A DNA stretch of 64,000 bases from Synechococcales cyanobacterium VAR_4_metabat_354 (lineage in GTDB: Bacteria > Cyanobacteriota > Cyanobacteriia > Cyanobacteriales > Chamaesiphonaceae), in the NCBI GenBank assembly GCA_031414775.1, contig JANOQI010000041.1, positions 128,001 through 192,000 on the forward strand, given 5' to 3'. This document shows, piece by piece, positions 8,562 to 19,035 of the stretch (position 1 is the stretch's first letter; every line of letters begins with the position of its first letter). The notes beneath the pieces were generated by a model that searched no databases, was not told the origin of the DNA, and was given only the letters and a program-made list of their open reading frames with translations. The position numbers and the translations under genes are program-made.

Positions 8562-11435
8562 ATGAATACTCCAGGCTCTCATCATCTGATTTACACCGAC
8601 TGGACGCTGATCGAACCGAGCTTCGATCCGGAGCAGTTGCACGCTAGAGAAACCGTATTTACGATCGGCAATGGTCATTTAGGGACGCGGGGCAGCTTTG
8701 AAGAAGGCTATCCGCAGGCGTTGCCAGCTACCCTCATTCATGGAGTGTATGATGATGTGCCGGTGGTCTATACCGAGCTAGCCAACTGCCCCGATTGGCT
8801 GTCGTTGGCAGTAATCGTCAATGGTGAAAGGTTTCGGCTCGATCGCGGCGAAATTATCCACTACGAACGACAACTAGATTTGCAGCATGGTGTCCTGAAT
8901 CGATCGGTGCGCTGGCGTAGCCCCATTGGCCATACTGTAGATTTACGGTTTGAGCGATTTGCGAGCTTAGCAAATCGGCAGGTGTTGGGATTGCGCTGCC
9001 AGATGACACCAGTCGATTTCGACGGCACCATCGAGGTGCAATCTAGCATCAATGGCTATCCCCAAAATCAAGGCTTTGACCACTGGGAAAGGCTCGATCA
9101 AGGTCAGGTTGAACAGGGAATTTGGCTCCAGATGCGTACCCGTAGTTCCCGTATCGAACTGGGTATGGCTGCCAAAATGGCGGTGACTGGTATTGACACA
9201 GTCTGGCAGGTCACCAATACTCCCGGCTATCCCACCCGATCGATCGCCTTCAGTGCCACGGCTGGGCAAACCATCAGCGTCGAAAAAATTGTAACAGTGT
9301 TCACCTCTCAAGAGGTGAAGATACCAGTGCAGGCCGCTCAGGAGAAATTAGCTAGCCTCCCATCTTACTCGATCCTATTTGCTGCTCATCAACAGGCTTG
9401 GCAGGAAGTTTGGCAGCATAGCGATATCGAGATTGGCGGCAATAGCCAAGCGCAGTTGGCTGTTCGCTACAACTTGTTTCAACTCTTCATCGGGGCTTCT
9501 CCAGACAACGATCGGGTCAGCGTTCCCGCCAAAACACTATCAGGATTTGGCTACCGGGGTCATATCTTTTGGGATACCGAAATTTTTATCTTGCCCTTTT
9601 TTACTTTCACCCAACCGGCGATCGCTAACAACCTGTTGACCTATCGCTACCACACCTTGGGTGGTGCCCGGCGCAAAGCAACACATAGTGGATATCAGGG
9701 AGCCATGTTTTCCTGGGAAAGCGCCGTCACTGGTGATGAAGTGACTCCCCGCTGGTCAATGCCGAACGATCCATACGCCGAAGATGTCCGCATCTGGTGC
9801 CGCGATCGAGAAATTCATATTAGTGCTGACATTACCTATGCTATCTGGCAATACTGGCAGGCTACCGGTGACGATATTTGGCTCCGCGACTACGGAGCCG
9901 AGATCATCCTAGATACTGCCCTGTTCTGGATGAGTCGGTTGGAGTGGAATGCTCAGCAGGAAAGATATGAACTGTGTGGGGTGATTGGAGCTGATGAATA
10001 CCATGAACAGGTAAATAATAATGCGTTCACCAATCGGATGGTGCAGTGGCATCTAGAAAAAGCCATTGTCGTCTATGAGTGGTTACAGCAAATATTCCCT
10101 GCTCGGTTGGCGGAACTGGTGCAAGAGCTGCAAATCACGTCCGCGCAACTACTGCGTTGGCAAGCAGCAATTGCCCAGATGCACATTCTTTACGATACTG
10201 AAACAGGCTTGATCGAGCAGTTTGAGGGCTTTTTTCAGCTTCAAGATATCAACTTAGATGATTACGAACCCCGAGACCAGTCGATGCAAGCTATTCTCGG
10301 GATTGATGAAACGAATCATCACCAGGTGCTCAAGCAACCTGACGTGTTGATGCTCCTTTACCTCATGCGGGGCACCCAAGCATTTCCCTATAGCTATGAT
10401 GTATTACAAAAGAACTGGGACTACTACGCTCCCCGGACAGATATCACCTATGGATCATCCCTCGGTCCAGCTATTCATGCGATTCTCGCTGCTGACCTAG
10501 GTGCCGCCGATCCTTATCAGCAGTTCATGCAGGCCGCCTTGATAGATCTTGCTGATACTCGTGGTAATACCAGAGATGGTATTCATGCCGCTGCTGCTGG
10601 GGGGATCTGGCAAGCGGTAGTGTTTGGCTTCGGTGGTATTCAACTAAAGGACAGTGGTCCGGTGGCAACTCCTCATCTACCAGCTACTTGGACTCGCCTC
10701 AAATTTAAACTACACTGGCGGGGCACTTGGCACAGCTTCGATCTATTGCCGACACTCTGCCCCGCACAAGATATCCAAGGCTTCATCTTTGACTTGGATG
10801 GGGTATTGACAGACACTGCCGAATTTCACTACCGAGCTTGGCAGCGACTGGCCGACGAAGCTGGACTGCCCTTCGATCGTCAGGCCAATAAAGCATTGCT
10901 AGGCGTGGCGCGGAGAGAATCACTAATGCTGATTGTAGGCGATCAGCAGTATTCGGAATCATCACTTCAGGAAATGATGGAGCGCAAAAATCGCTACTAT
11001 GTGGAATCTATCCAAACCATCACCCCCCGCAATGTTTTGCCCGGAGTCTTAGAGCTGTTAGATGAACTCCGCCGATCCGGAATTAAAATTGCGATCGGTT
11101 CTGGCAGCAAGAATGCGCGCACTGTGATCGAGAAACTAGGAATTGCTGATCGCATCGATGAAATTGCTGATGGCTCCAGTGTCAAGAACCCCAAACCAGC
11201 CCCTGACATATTTTTATACGCTGCTACTTTATTAAAACTTGATCCTGCTCACTGCGTGGTGGTGGAAGATGCCCCTGCCGGAGTTGCCGCCGCGCTCGCT
11301 GCTGGTATGTGGACGATCGGACTTGGCTCCGCTGATTTGGTTGGCTCTGCTCACATTGTGCTGCCTAGCTTGCAGGATGCTTCTTTACACAATCTACAGC
11401 TCCAACTAGACATGTCTAAAAACTCGTCAGATTAG
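8562..11435 (+). CDS. pgmB: GH65 disaccharide phosphorylase fused to beta-phosphoglucomutase (HAD)
   Basis: GH65 motifs GNGHLGTRG, YRGHIFWDTE, ADEYH, VLKQPDV, GSSLG; C-terminal HAD motifs FDLDGVLTDT, KPAPDIF, VEDA. Confidence 0.92.
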   Translation: MNTPGSHHLIYTDWTLIEPSFDPEQLHARETVFTIGNGHLGTRGSFEEGYPQALPATLIHGVYDDVPVVYTELANCPDWLSLAVIVNGERFRLDRGEIIHYERQLDLQHGVLNRSVRWRSPIGHTVDLRFERFASLANRQVLGLRCQMTPVDFDGTIEVQSSINGYPQNQGFDHWERLDQGQVEQGIWLQMRTRSSRIELGMAAKMAVTGIDTVWQVTNTPGYPTRSIAFSATAGQTISVEKIVTVFTSQEVKIPVQAAQEKLASLPSYSILFAAHQQAWQEVWQHSDIEIGGNSQAQLAVRYNLFQLFIGASPDNDRVSVPAKTLSGFGYRGHIFWDTEIFILPFFTFTQPAIANNLLTYRYHTLGGARRKATHSGYQGAMFSWESAVTGDEVTPRWSMPNDPYAEDVRIWCRDREIHISADITYAIWQYWQATGDDIWLRDYGAEIILDTALFWMSRLEWNAQQERYELCGVIGADEYHEQVNNNAFTNRMVQWHLEKAIVVYEWLQQIFPARLAELVQELQITSAQLLRWQAAIAQMHILYDTETGLIEQFEGFFQLQDINLDDYEPRDQSMQAILGIDETNHHQVLKQPDVLMLLYLMRGTQAFPYSYDVLQKNWDYYAPRTDITYGSSLGPAIHAILAADLGAADPYQQFMQAALIDLADTRGNTRDGIHAAAAGGIWQAVVFGFGGIQLKDSGPVATPHLPATWTRLKFKLHWRGTWHSFDLLPTLCPAQDIQGFIFDLDGVLTDTAEFHYRAWQRLADEAGLPFDRQANKALLGVARRESLMLIVGDQQYSESSLQEMMERKNRYYVESIQTITPRNVLPGVLELLDELRRSGIKIAIGSGSKNARTVIEKLGIADRIDEIADGSSVKNPKPAPDIFLYAATLLKLDPAHCVVVEDAPAGVAAALAAGMWTIGLGSADLVGSAHIVLPSLQDASLHNLQLQLDMSKNSSD

Positions 11436-11723
11436 TCTCACTCAATTTTTTCGGAGAAATTTTTTGTAATTATTTGAAATTGTCTGGCTAGCGATACCTA
11501 AAATCATTTTTTTCAAACAGTATCAAATAATATTAAAGTTCGTGATATATTATACTTGCCAATAGGGTTAACCTTTGACAAATGAGCAAGCCGCCAAAAG
11601 CATTTAGGGTTTTGTCTTGAAACATAGATAATCTAACATGTTACAAATATTTTGCGGTGCAATCGAGTTGAAAATAACAGAATTAACGTTAGTATATCTA
11701 GACTTGAATAACTTCATCATAGT

Positions 11724-14024
11724 ATGAAAAATAATGTCTCCCGAATATCTAGTATTAATTCTATCCAGTCTCCAAAAGGGGATATTACAGGTATAGGTGA
11801 AGACTTATATCAACTGCGGCAAGTCAAGAAAATCAATCTTGAATTTCTGTTAGCTAGCCTACGTAAGTACTGGTATGTCAGCTTTTTATTAAGTACATTG
11901 ATGATGGCTGGGATTTACTATAAAACTTGGAAAGAGCCACGCATCTATCGATCAGACATTCAAATTGAGATTGAGTTACAAGAAAACTCCAGCATGGCTG
12001 AGAAACTAGCTTTAAGTACTGGTGATACTAGTGCTGATAGCCGGGCAACTACGATTGAAACTATTTTACAGATATTAAAAAGTGATAAAATTCTTCAACA
12101 AGCCATTGATGGTATTCCCAATCAAGAATTGAGACCATCCGTGGATGAAGTTAGTGGAAACCTGCGGATCGTGTCAGGGCAAAATAGTAATATTTTATCT
12201 ATTAGCTATACTGATACTATTCCGGAGCGAGCGGTAGCAACTCTAAATGCTTTGGGCAGTACTTATATTGACTATAGTATTAAAACTAAAAAAGCTCGTA
12301 CTGATAACTCGATCAATTTTATCGAGTCACAATTACCTGAATCACGCAAAAGGTTAGAAATATCCTCCAGACAGTTAGAGGAATTTCGGCGAAAATATGG
12401 ATTTGTTGATCCTGAAAACTCCGGTCAATCTCTAACAGCATATCGTCAGCAGATCATTGATAAGCTAGACGAGATGAAGGTTAAGCGACTGCAAACTCAA
12501 CAACAATATGAAGAGCTTAAGAAAAATCTAACTGAGGTGGGTTTACAGTCTGATAATGTGCTCAGTACCACGATGTTAACTCAGGATGCCGCCTATCAAG
12601 AGCTATTTAAAAAGTTAAACGAATTAGAACTATCGTACAGTCAGGAAACTGTCAGGTTTAATGATAATAACCCGATCTCAATTGGCCTCAAGGAAAAACG
12701 TGATCAGGTATTGTCATTACTAAGAAATCGGGCGCAGCAAGTGCTCAAACGGAATGTTTTAGATAAAGAGCTTACCAATGGGGGAATTGCTAATTTCAGT
12801 AACAATCTAGCCCAAAATTTAGCTAATAAACAAGCTGAAATCGTAACTAGTCTGGCTTCTCAGGAGTCAGAAGAACAAGGCTTACGCAAGATTTATGAGC
12901 GGGTAGAGTATCAAATTGCTCAATTGCCTAATCTGCAAAAACAATATACTGAGTTGCAGCGGCAGTATACTATTTACTCCCAAGAAATGACTGCATTTCT
13001 CCAAAAATTGCAAGGTTTGAAAATTACTGGTGCTGAACGGGTGATCCCTTGGAATTTGCTAGATCCTCCCAAGCTGCCCCAAGAACCGATATCTCCTAAT
13101 GTACCGCAACGACTAGGACTAGGTGCGTTAGGTAGTTTATTAGTTGGTTTATTAGCAGCCGTTGGTTTAAATCAATTTGATGATCGAGTTGATGATCCAG
13201 ACACCGTAAAATCAACTTTGGGAATACCGCTATTGGCTCTTATTCCAACGGTAAGTAGTTTCTCCCAAATACAAGCTAGAGGAAGTACAGTTCTTCAAAC
13301 TACTAAAAATGATAGTAAGAACTATTCTTCTTGGAATTTTGTCGAAGCGATTCGAACTCTGGCTTTGGGAATTGGACTGACCACTGATGGTGAGGAAAAC
13401 CAGATGGGTAAAGTTGTGGCCTTTACTTCATCACTACCAAAAGAAGGGAAGTCAACTATTACCTTTCATACTGGCGTTACCCTGGCCGAATTAGGCTATC
13501 GCGTCTTGTTGGTGGATGCAGATTTATATAGATCTAGTCTTTCTAGCTTATGCCAAGGTTCAGAGTTATTTCAGTCTGTGGATTTTTCTGATGAAACTGG
13601 GTTGAGTGATGCACTACTAAAAGTCGATAAATGGGAAAATTTAATTAAAAAATGTTCTCAAATAAAATTAGATGTACTATTATCTGGACATCAACCGATT
13701 AATTCGATCGCGTTGCTTAACTCCCCCCATTTTCCTCGACTAATTGAGCAATGGAAAAGAAAATATGATTATGTGATTTTTGATACCCCACCAGTTGTCG
13801 GAGTTAGTGATACCCATTTAATTACAACTCTGGTGGATGGACTAATTTATATTGTGAGTTTAGATGTTGCTCAATGGCAGGCGGTCAAACGAACAATGGA
13901 AATTATTTCCCCAATTCAAACACCAATTTTAGGGTTAGTAATCAACCGAGTCAAAAATACGCATTCCAATAAGTATCATCCTTACTATCGCAGTAGACCC
14001 GAAGTTTTTTCGAGACGACAATGA
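11724..14024 (+). CDS. wzc: Polysaccharide co-polymerase / tyrosine autokinase (Wzc/GumC)
   Basis: Two TM helices flanking a coiled coil, PQEPISP, Walker A PKEGKS, VDADL, FDTPP and a Tyr-containing tail (KYHPYY). Confidence 0.9.
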   Translation: MKNNVSRISSINSIQSPKGDITGIGEDLYQLRQVKKINLEFLLASLRKYWYVSFLLSTLMMAGIYYKTWKEPRIYRSDIQIEIELQENSSMAEKLALSTGDTSADSRATTIETILQILKSDKILQQAIDGIPNQELRPSVDEVSGNLRIVSGQNSNILSISYTDTIPERAVATLNALGSTYIDYSIKTKKARTDNSINFIESQLPESRKRLEISSRQLEEFRRKYGFVDPENSGQSLTAYRQQIIDKLDEMKVKRLQTQQQYEELKKNLTEVGLQSDNVLSTTMLTQDAAYQELFKKLNELELSYSQETVRFNDNNPISIGLKEKRDQVLSLLRNRAQQVLKRNVLDKELTNGGIANFSNNLAQNLANKQAEIVTSLASQESEEQGLRKIYERVEYQIAQLPNLQKQYTELQRQYTIYSQEMTAFLQKLQGLKITGAERVIPWNLLDPPKLPQEPISPNVPQRLGLGALGSLLVGLLAAVGLNQFDDRVDDPDTVKSTLGIPLLALIPTVSSFSQIQARGSTVLQTTKNDSKNYSSWNFVEAIRTLALGIGLTTDGEENQMGKVVAFTSSLPKEGKSTITFHTGVTLAELGYRVLLVDADLYRSSLSSLCQGSELFQSVDFSDETGLSDALLKVDKWENLIKKCSQIKLDVLLSGHQPINSIALLNSPHFPRLIEQWKRKYDYVIFDTPPVVGVSDTHLITTLVDGLIYIVSLDVAQWQAVKRTMEIISPIQTPILGLVINRVKNTHSNKYHPYYRSRPEVFSRRQ

Positions 14025-14089
14025 ATCAAAAGTTGATCGCTGTTGAAGCCGAGAAATAGATTTTCAAACTACCCCCCCCCGAATCAGTC

Positions 14090-15292
14090 ATGAAAATAGT
14101 TCATTTAGCCAAATACCATTCTCCTCTTTATGGTGGAATGGAAAGTCATGTGGAAACTTTAGCTCGCAAGCAAGCTGAATTAGGTGCTGAGGTTTGTATC
14201 GTATGTGTAAATAGTTTTGATGAAGATTTGAAATTATCACAGCAAACTAAGACTAAAATCGAGGTTACTGATCGGGTGCAGGTAGTCAAAGTTCGTCGCC
14301 TGGTATCATTTTTGAAACTGGATTTCTGCCCATCCCTAATTTTTTATATTCGTTATTTCTCTAAATTTCCCGATACAATTTTTCACGTCCATACGCCTAA
14401 TCCAACTATGTTGATTTCTTTGGCGATGATGGGTAAGACCCGTAACTTAGTAATCACCCACCACAGTGATGCTATTCGACAGCAGTTGCTCAAATATTTA
14501 TTTCGTCCGATCGAGCATTTTATTTATCGGCAAGCAGAAATCACTCTAACTACCAGTCCAAATTATCAGACCGGCTCCAAATTTCTGCGCTTATACCGAA
14601 ATCGTTTAGGGGTCTTGCCACTGGGGATTGATACTTCTGTTTTTAGTAATCCTTCCCCACCGATAGTGGAACGAGCACAGCAATTAAAAGCAGAATATGG
14701 GGATGTCTTATGGTTAGCCGTAGGACGGTTAGTATACTATAAATCTTTTCATGTGGCGATCGAAGCTTTACAGCATGTGCCTGGAAAGTTATTAATTATT
14801 GGAACTGGTAAGTTAGCCGAAAATCTCCACAAAACAGCCCGTAAATTCAATGTTGCCGATCGCGTGATTTGGTTGGGTAAGACTAGTGAAACTGACTTGA
14901 TTGCGGCTTATCGAGCAGCAACAGCTATGTGGTTTCCGTCGAATGTCCGCAGTGAAGCTTTTGGGATGGTTCAAGTGGAAGCGATGGCTAGTGGCTGTCC
15001 AGTGATTAACTGTGATATTCCGGGTAGTGGTGTTTCTTGGGTTTGTCGCCATGAGCTAGAGGGTTTGACCGTACAGCGAAACAATCCCTTTGAATTTGCC
15101 GCAGCGGCCAGAAGGTTGTTAGAAGAACCGGGCTTGAGAGATCGTCTATCGGCAGGCGCTCAACGTAGAGTTTTGGAATTTACGGATGAGAAAATGGCGC
15201 GCCATAGTTTGGAAATTTATAGTCAGGTTCTAGCCAATGAAAAATCTCTAGATCAACTAGCTCCGTTAGTCGAAGAAGCAATGGGCACCTAA
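14090..15292 (+). CDS. Glycosyltransferase family 4
   Basis: GGMESHV, GRLVYYK, EAFGMVQVEAM. Confidence 0.9.
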   Translation: MKIVHLAKYHSPLYGGMESHVETLARKQAELGAEVCIVCVNSFDEDLKLSQQTKTKIEVTDRVQVVKVRRLVSFLKLDFCPSLIFYIRYFSKFPDTIFHVHTPNPTMLISLAMMGKTRNLVITHHSDAIRQQLLKYLFRPIEHFIYRQAEITLTTSPNYQTGSKFLRLYRNRLGVLPLGIDTSVFSNPSPPIVERAQQLKAEYGDVLWLAVGRLVYYKSFHVAIEALQHVPGKLLIIGTGKLAENLHKTARKFNVADRVIWLGKTSETDLIAAYRAATAMWFPSNVRSEAFGMVQVEAMASGCPVINCDIPGSGVSWVCRHELEGLTVQRNNPFEFAAAARRLLEEPGLRDRLSAGAQRRVLEFTDEKMARHSLEIYSQVLANEKSLDQLAPLVEEAMGT

Positions 15293-15298
15293 CATATT

Positions 15299-16408
15299 AT
15301 GAAAGTTCTCCATGTGTATGCAGGTAATCTTTTTGGTGGGATTGAAACTCTTTTAGTCACCTTGGCGCGAGAGCGACAGTTATGCCCAGAAATGGATCAC
15401 CAATTTGCTTTGTGTTTTTCGGGACGTTTATCTCAGGAATTGATCAGTACGGGGGTGAAGGTCCATGAGCTGGGGACGGTTAAGCTGCGCTATCCTTGGC
15501 AGGTGCTGAAAGCAAGAGCACGATTGCGAAAAGTAATTGAGTCGGAAGCTATTGATGCGGTTATTTGCCATGCTTGCTGGCCACAAGCTATTTTTGGTTC
15601 GGTAGTGAAACGACTGGGAAAAAAGTTGTTGTTTTGGTGTCATGATACTCCTAATGGCCAAAGTATCTTAGAGGGGTTGGCTAAGTTGGTGCAACCAGAT
15701 TTTGTGATTGCCAATAGTCATTTTACCGAGCAGCATCTGCACCTACTATATCCTCGTGCTAAAAGTCAAGTCATTTACGCTCCTGTTGTCGATACTCAGT
15801 GCGAGCAAACTCCAGAAGTTCGACATCAGCTTCGGCAACAGTTTAATACTATGGATGAGACTGTAGTTATCACTCAAGTTTCTCGCTTGGAACGTTTGAA
15901 AGGGCATACCATATTGATTTCTGCATTGGGATTAATGAAAGACTTGCCTAATTGGGAGTGCTGGATCGTTGGTGGAGTGCAAAGGGAAAGTGAACAATCT
16001 TATCTAAGAGAATTGGAACAGCAGGTACAGGATCTGGGATTAGAAAAACGGGTGCGTTGGTTGGGGCAAAGAGATGATGTCCCGCAGGTGTTAGCGGCTA
16101 GTGATATTTTCTGTCAGCCCAATTTGGGAGAAGAATCATTTGGGATCGTTTTCGTTGAAGCTTTTTATGCTGGCTTGCCAGTGGTGACTGTCAAGATTGG
16201 TGGTGGTGGAGAAATTGTGACATCAGAGTGTGGCTATGCTGTACCACCGGGGGATGTAATGGGAGTAACGATGGCTCTGCAAAAGTTAGTGAAGAATTCT
16301 CTTCATCGTGGGGAGTTGCAGGTGGCGGCGAAGGCTAGGGCGCATGAATTGTGCGATCCACAACGACAGATATCCACTATTGCAGAATTGTTAGTGATGA
16401 GTTCTTGA
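15299..16408 (+). CDS. Glycosyltransferase family 4
   Basis: GGIET, SRLERLKG, ESFGIVFVEA. Confidence 0.9.
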   Translation: MKVLHVYAGNLFGGIETLLVTLARERQLCPEMDHQFALCFSGRLSQELISTGVKVHELGTVKLRYPWQVLKARARLRKVIESEAIDAVICHACWPQAIFGSVVKRLGKKLLFWCHDTPNGQSILEGLAKLVQPDFVIANSHFTEQHLHLLYPRAKSQVIYAPVVDTQCEQTPEVRHQLRQQFNTMDETVVITQVSRLERLKGHTILISALGLMKDLPNWECWIVGGVQRESEQSYLRELEQQVQDLGLEKRVRWLGQRDDVPQVLAASDIFCQPNLGEESFGIVFVEAFYAGLPVVTVKIGGGGEIVTSECGYAVPPGDVMGVTMALQKLVKNSLHRGELQVAAKARAHELCDPQRQISTIAELLVMSS

Positions 16409-16456
16409 AAATGAAAATATTGATGTGGTAATTAGCAGACTTTATAACCATATATT

Positions 16457-17302
16457 ATGAATAAAAAAATTGTTAGGATGATTTTGTTTGTTGTTTCACG
16501 GCCTGTTTTCTATAATTGGTTTTATCTTTGTAATAAACTATGCTTGTATGCAATGAATCGGGTTTCTGCTGCCTTTTTAGATTGTGAATTAAGCGGAGAA
16601 AAAGAAGCATTAGAATGGGTATTGAAAAAGCTTTCTACCAAACCTAAAAAAATATTCATTTTTGATTGTGGCGGTAATCTTGGTCAGTATTCTTCCATGC
16701 TTCTATCAACAATAGATAAATTGAAAATTGGCAATGAAACAGAAATTCATATATTTGAGCCATCAAGCTTTTGTTTAGATATCTTAGCCAATAAATTTAG
16801 TGACGTTGCGAATGTGAATTTGCACCAGACTGCTGTCTCAAACACAAACAGTAATGCTAACTTATATTATCCTTGGATAGGTTCGGCAGGAGCCAGTTTA
16901 TCTAGTAATGTTGCGACTGCTCAGGTAGTGTCAGGAGCCTTTGAAGTTAAGTCTGAGCAAATTGAGACAGTTACTTTGGATAGTTTTTGTGAAAAAAATA
17001 ATATCGAATCAATAGATTACTTGAAGTTAGATATTGAAGGATATGAAATATTTGCACTTGAAGGAGCGCAGTCCATGTTAGCAAATAACAAAATAGCCTA
17101 TATTCAGATAGAGATAGGGGCAGCATCGCTAGCAACTAAGTGTATGTTGTTTGATATATATAATATGCTTTCAATAGATTACAAGTTTTATCTTGTTTTG
17201 AATCATGGTTTGGTTGAAATTAGCGAATACAAGCCAGATCTTGAGTGCTTTCATGGTGCCTCTAATTTTATCTTAGAGAATAGAGCATTAAGTTCATGTT
17301 GA
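16457..17302 (+). CDS. FkbM family methyltransferase
   Basis: FDCGGNLGQYS, FEP, TLDSF, LKLDIEGYE. Confidence 0.88.
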   Translation: MNKKIVRMILFVVSRPVFYNWFYLCNKLCLYAMNRVSAAFLDCELSGEKEALEWVLKKLSTKPKKIFIFDCGGNLGQYSSMLLSTIDKLKIGNETEIHIFEPSSFCLDILANKFSDVANVNLHQTAVSNTNSNANLYYPWIGSAGASLSSNVATAQVVSGAFEVKSEQIETVTLDSFCEKNNIESIDYLKLDIEGYEIFALEGAQSMLANNKIAYIQIEIGAASLATKCMLFDIYNMLSIDYKFYLVLNHGLVEISEYKPDLECFHGASNFILENRALSSC

Positions 17303-17432
17303 CTTTGGAGAATTTATTCTAACACTTTTCAAGAATGTCTTGAATGTAGTACAAATTTTATAACAGATTTACTAGAAGTAAGTTTTATTCTGATTGTTAA
17401 TTGATCTCGATTGAGATTCACTATATAAATAA

Positions 17433-18845
17433 ATGTTTCTGAATAATCAATCTGAAAGATGGAATTGGATACATACTTTTCTGCTAATCCAGTTTATTTT
17501 ACAATTACTCACCCTTGTTCCTACACTAGGAACAGCTCGCACTGTATTCAGAATTGCTACCTTTGGGTTAAGCATTTGCTTAGTAATTGCTACTATTTCC
17601 CAGCCAGCGATCGAACATCCTGCTAAGTGGCCAGTCTATAGTATTCTTTTAATTTTATTAATTTCCTTATGCTTGCATCCTCAAGTCAACACTATTCCGG
17701 CGGGCTTGGGACAGATTGCTATGTACTTAGCAATTTTAGGGCCTGTGTTCTGGGCTAGTAGATTCCCCTTATCAGCCATCGGTTTTCGTAACTTAGTTAT
17801 AATGCTTTGGCTTTTTCAATCGATTAGTTCATTATTTGGTTTACTTCAGATCTACTTCCCTGGACAGTTTCAGTTCCAACTATCATCGGTAATTGAGAAT
17901 AGCAAATATGGTGGTGAAAGCTTAAAAATTACATTGGGTAATGGATTATCTGTATATCGTCCGATGGGATTAACTGATACTCCTGGTGGTGCATCAGTTG
18001 CTGGGTTTTACACGGTACTCTTAGGGTTAGCTTTTTTCTTAGAAGGTAAAAATAAGTGGTTGATGGGCTTGGGGATTTCTAGTAGTTTCGTAGGTTTTTT
18101 CTGTATTTATTTATCTCAAGTACGTAGTATGCTGATCAATACTTGTTTTTGTGTATTAACACTATTAGTAATTTTACTTTTGAGTAGAAATTTTAAACGT
18201 GTTTTTGCCCTGATGGGAATTATTCAACCTTTGATATTAGGAACATTTGCTTGGGCAATTGCGGTAGGTGGTAAATCTACTAGTGATCGAACGTTATCTT
18301 TGTTTGAAGGGAGTGCAGACAATGTTTACCAGCAAAATCGGGGGCATTTTCTACAGAGTACAATTAATGAATTGTTGCCTCAGTATCCTTTTGGGGCGGG
18401 ATTAGGTCGATGGGGGATGGTAAATAGTTATTTTGGTGAAAATGATAATCCACTTACTAGTTCAATCTGGGTAGAAATTCAATGGACTGGTTGGTTATTA
18501 GATGGGGGATTACCCTTGATTATTGCTTATTGTGTAGCCATTGGGTCAGTATGCTATTTTGCATTTCAGACGGTTTTTAAAACCCAAATGAAAACATTAC
18601 CTTTCCTAAGTGCGGTCATACTTGCTTATAATATGGGTACAATTTTGATTACATTTAATTACCCAATTTTTATTTCTCAGATAGGAATGGAATTTTGGTT
18701 ACTAAATACGGCATTGGCTGTTGCATTTATAAATGAAAGTTGGAAAATGGAAAGCGATTTGAATTTTTCACCAGATCATATTATTTCAAATATAAATATC
18801 AAGAATGGTAAGAAGATGATGCGTATCCCAATGGAGAATAAGTAA
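17433..18845 (+). CDS. Polytopic membrane protein, probable Wzy polymerase / O-antigen ligase-like
   Basis: About 11-12 hydrophobic segments, RPMG, SQVRS, and YPFGAGLGRWG in a late loop; lies inside the polysaccharide cluster. Confidence 0.65.
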   Translation: MFLNNQSERWNWIHTFLLIQFILQLLTLVPTLGTARTVFRIATFGLSICLVIATISQPAIEHPAKWPVYSILLILLISLCLHPQVNTIPAGLGQIAMYLAILGPVFWASRFPLSAIGFRNLVIMLWLFQSISSLFGLLQIYFPGQFQFQLSSVIENSKYGGESLKITLGNGLSVYRPMGLTDTPGGASVAGFYTVLLGLAFFLEGKNKWLMGLGISSSFVGFFCIYLSQVRSMLINTCFCVLTLLVILLLSRNFKRVFALMGIIQPLILGTFAWAIAVGGKSTSDRTLSLFEGSADNVYQQNRGHFLQSTINELLPQYPFGAGLGRWGMVNSYFGENDNPLTSSIWVEIQWTGWLLDGGLPLIIAYCVAIGSVCYFAFQTVFKTQMKTLPFLSAVILAYNMGTILITFNYPIFISQIGMEFWLLNTALAVAFINESWKMESDLNFSPDHIISNINIKNGKKMMRIPMENK

Positions 18846-19035
18846 TGCAATTTGAATGAATAATATTTGAAATGTTATTCAGTAATTGGTCGTTATCTAT
18901 ACATTGATTCTACAACGCCTGAATTCGATCATTTTATTATCAACGATGTAAACGAATAGTCTTGGCAATATGCCACTAGAATTAAAGTAATATTAATATT
19001 TCCTCTAGATTAAGGAAAGTAAGTAAAGCTAAGTT

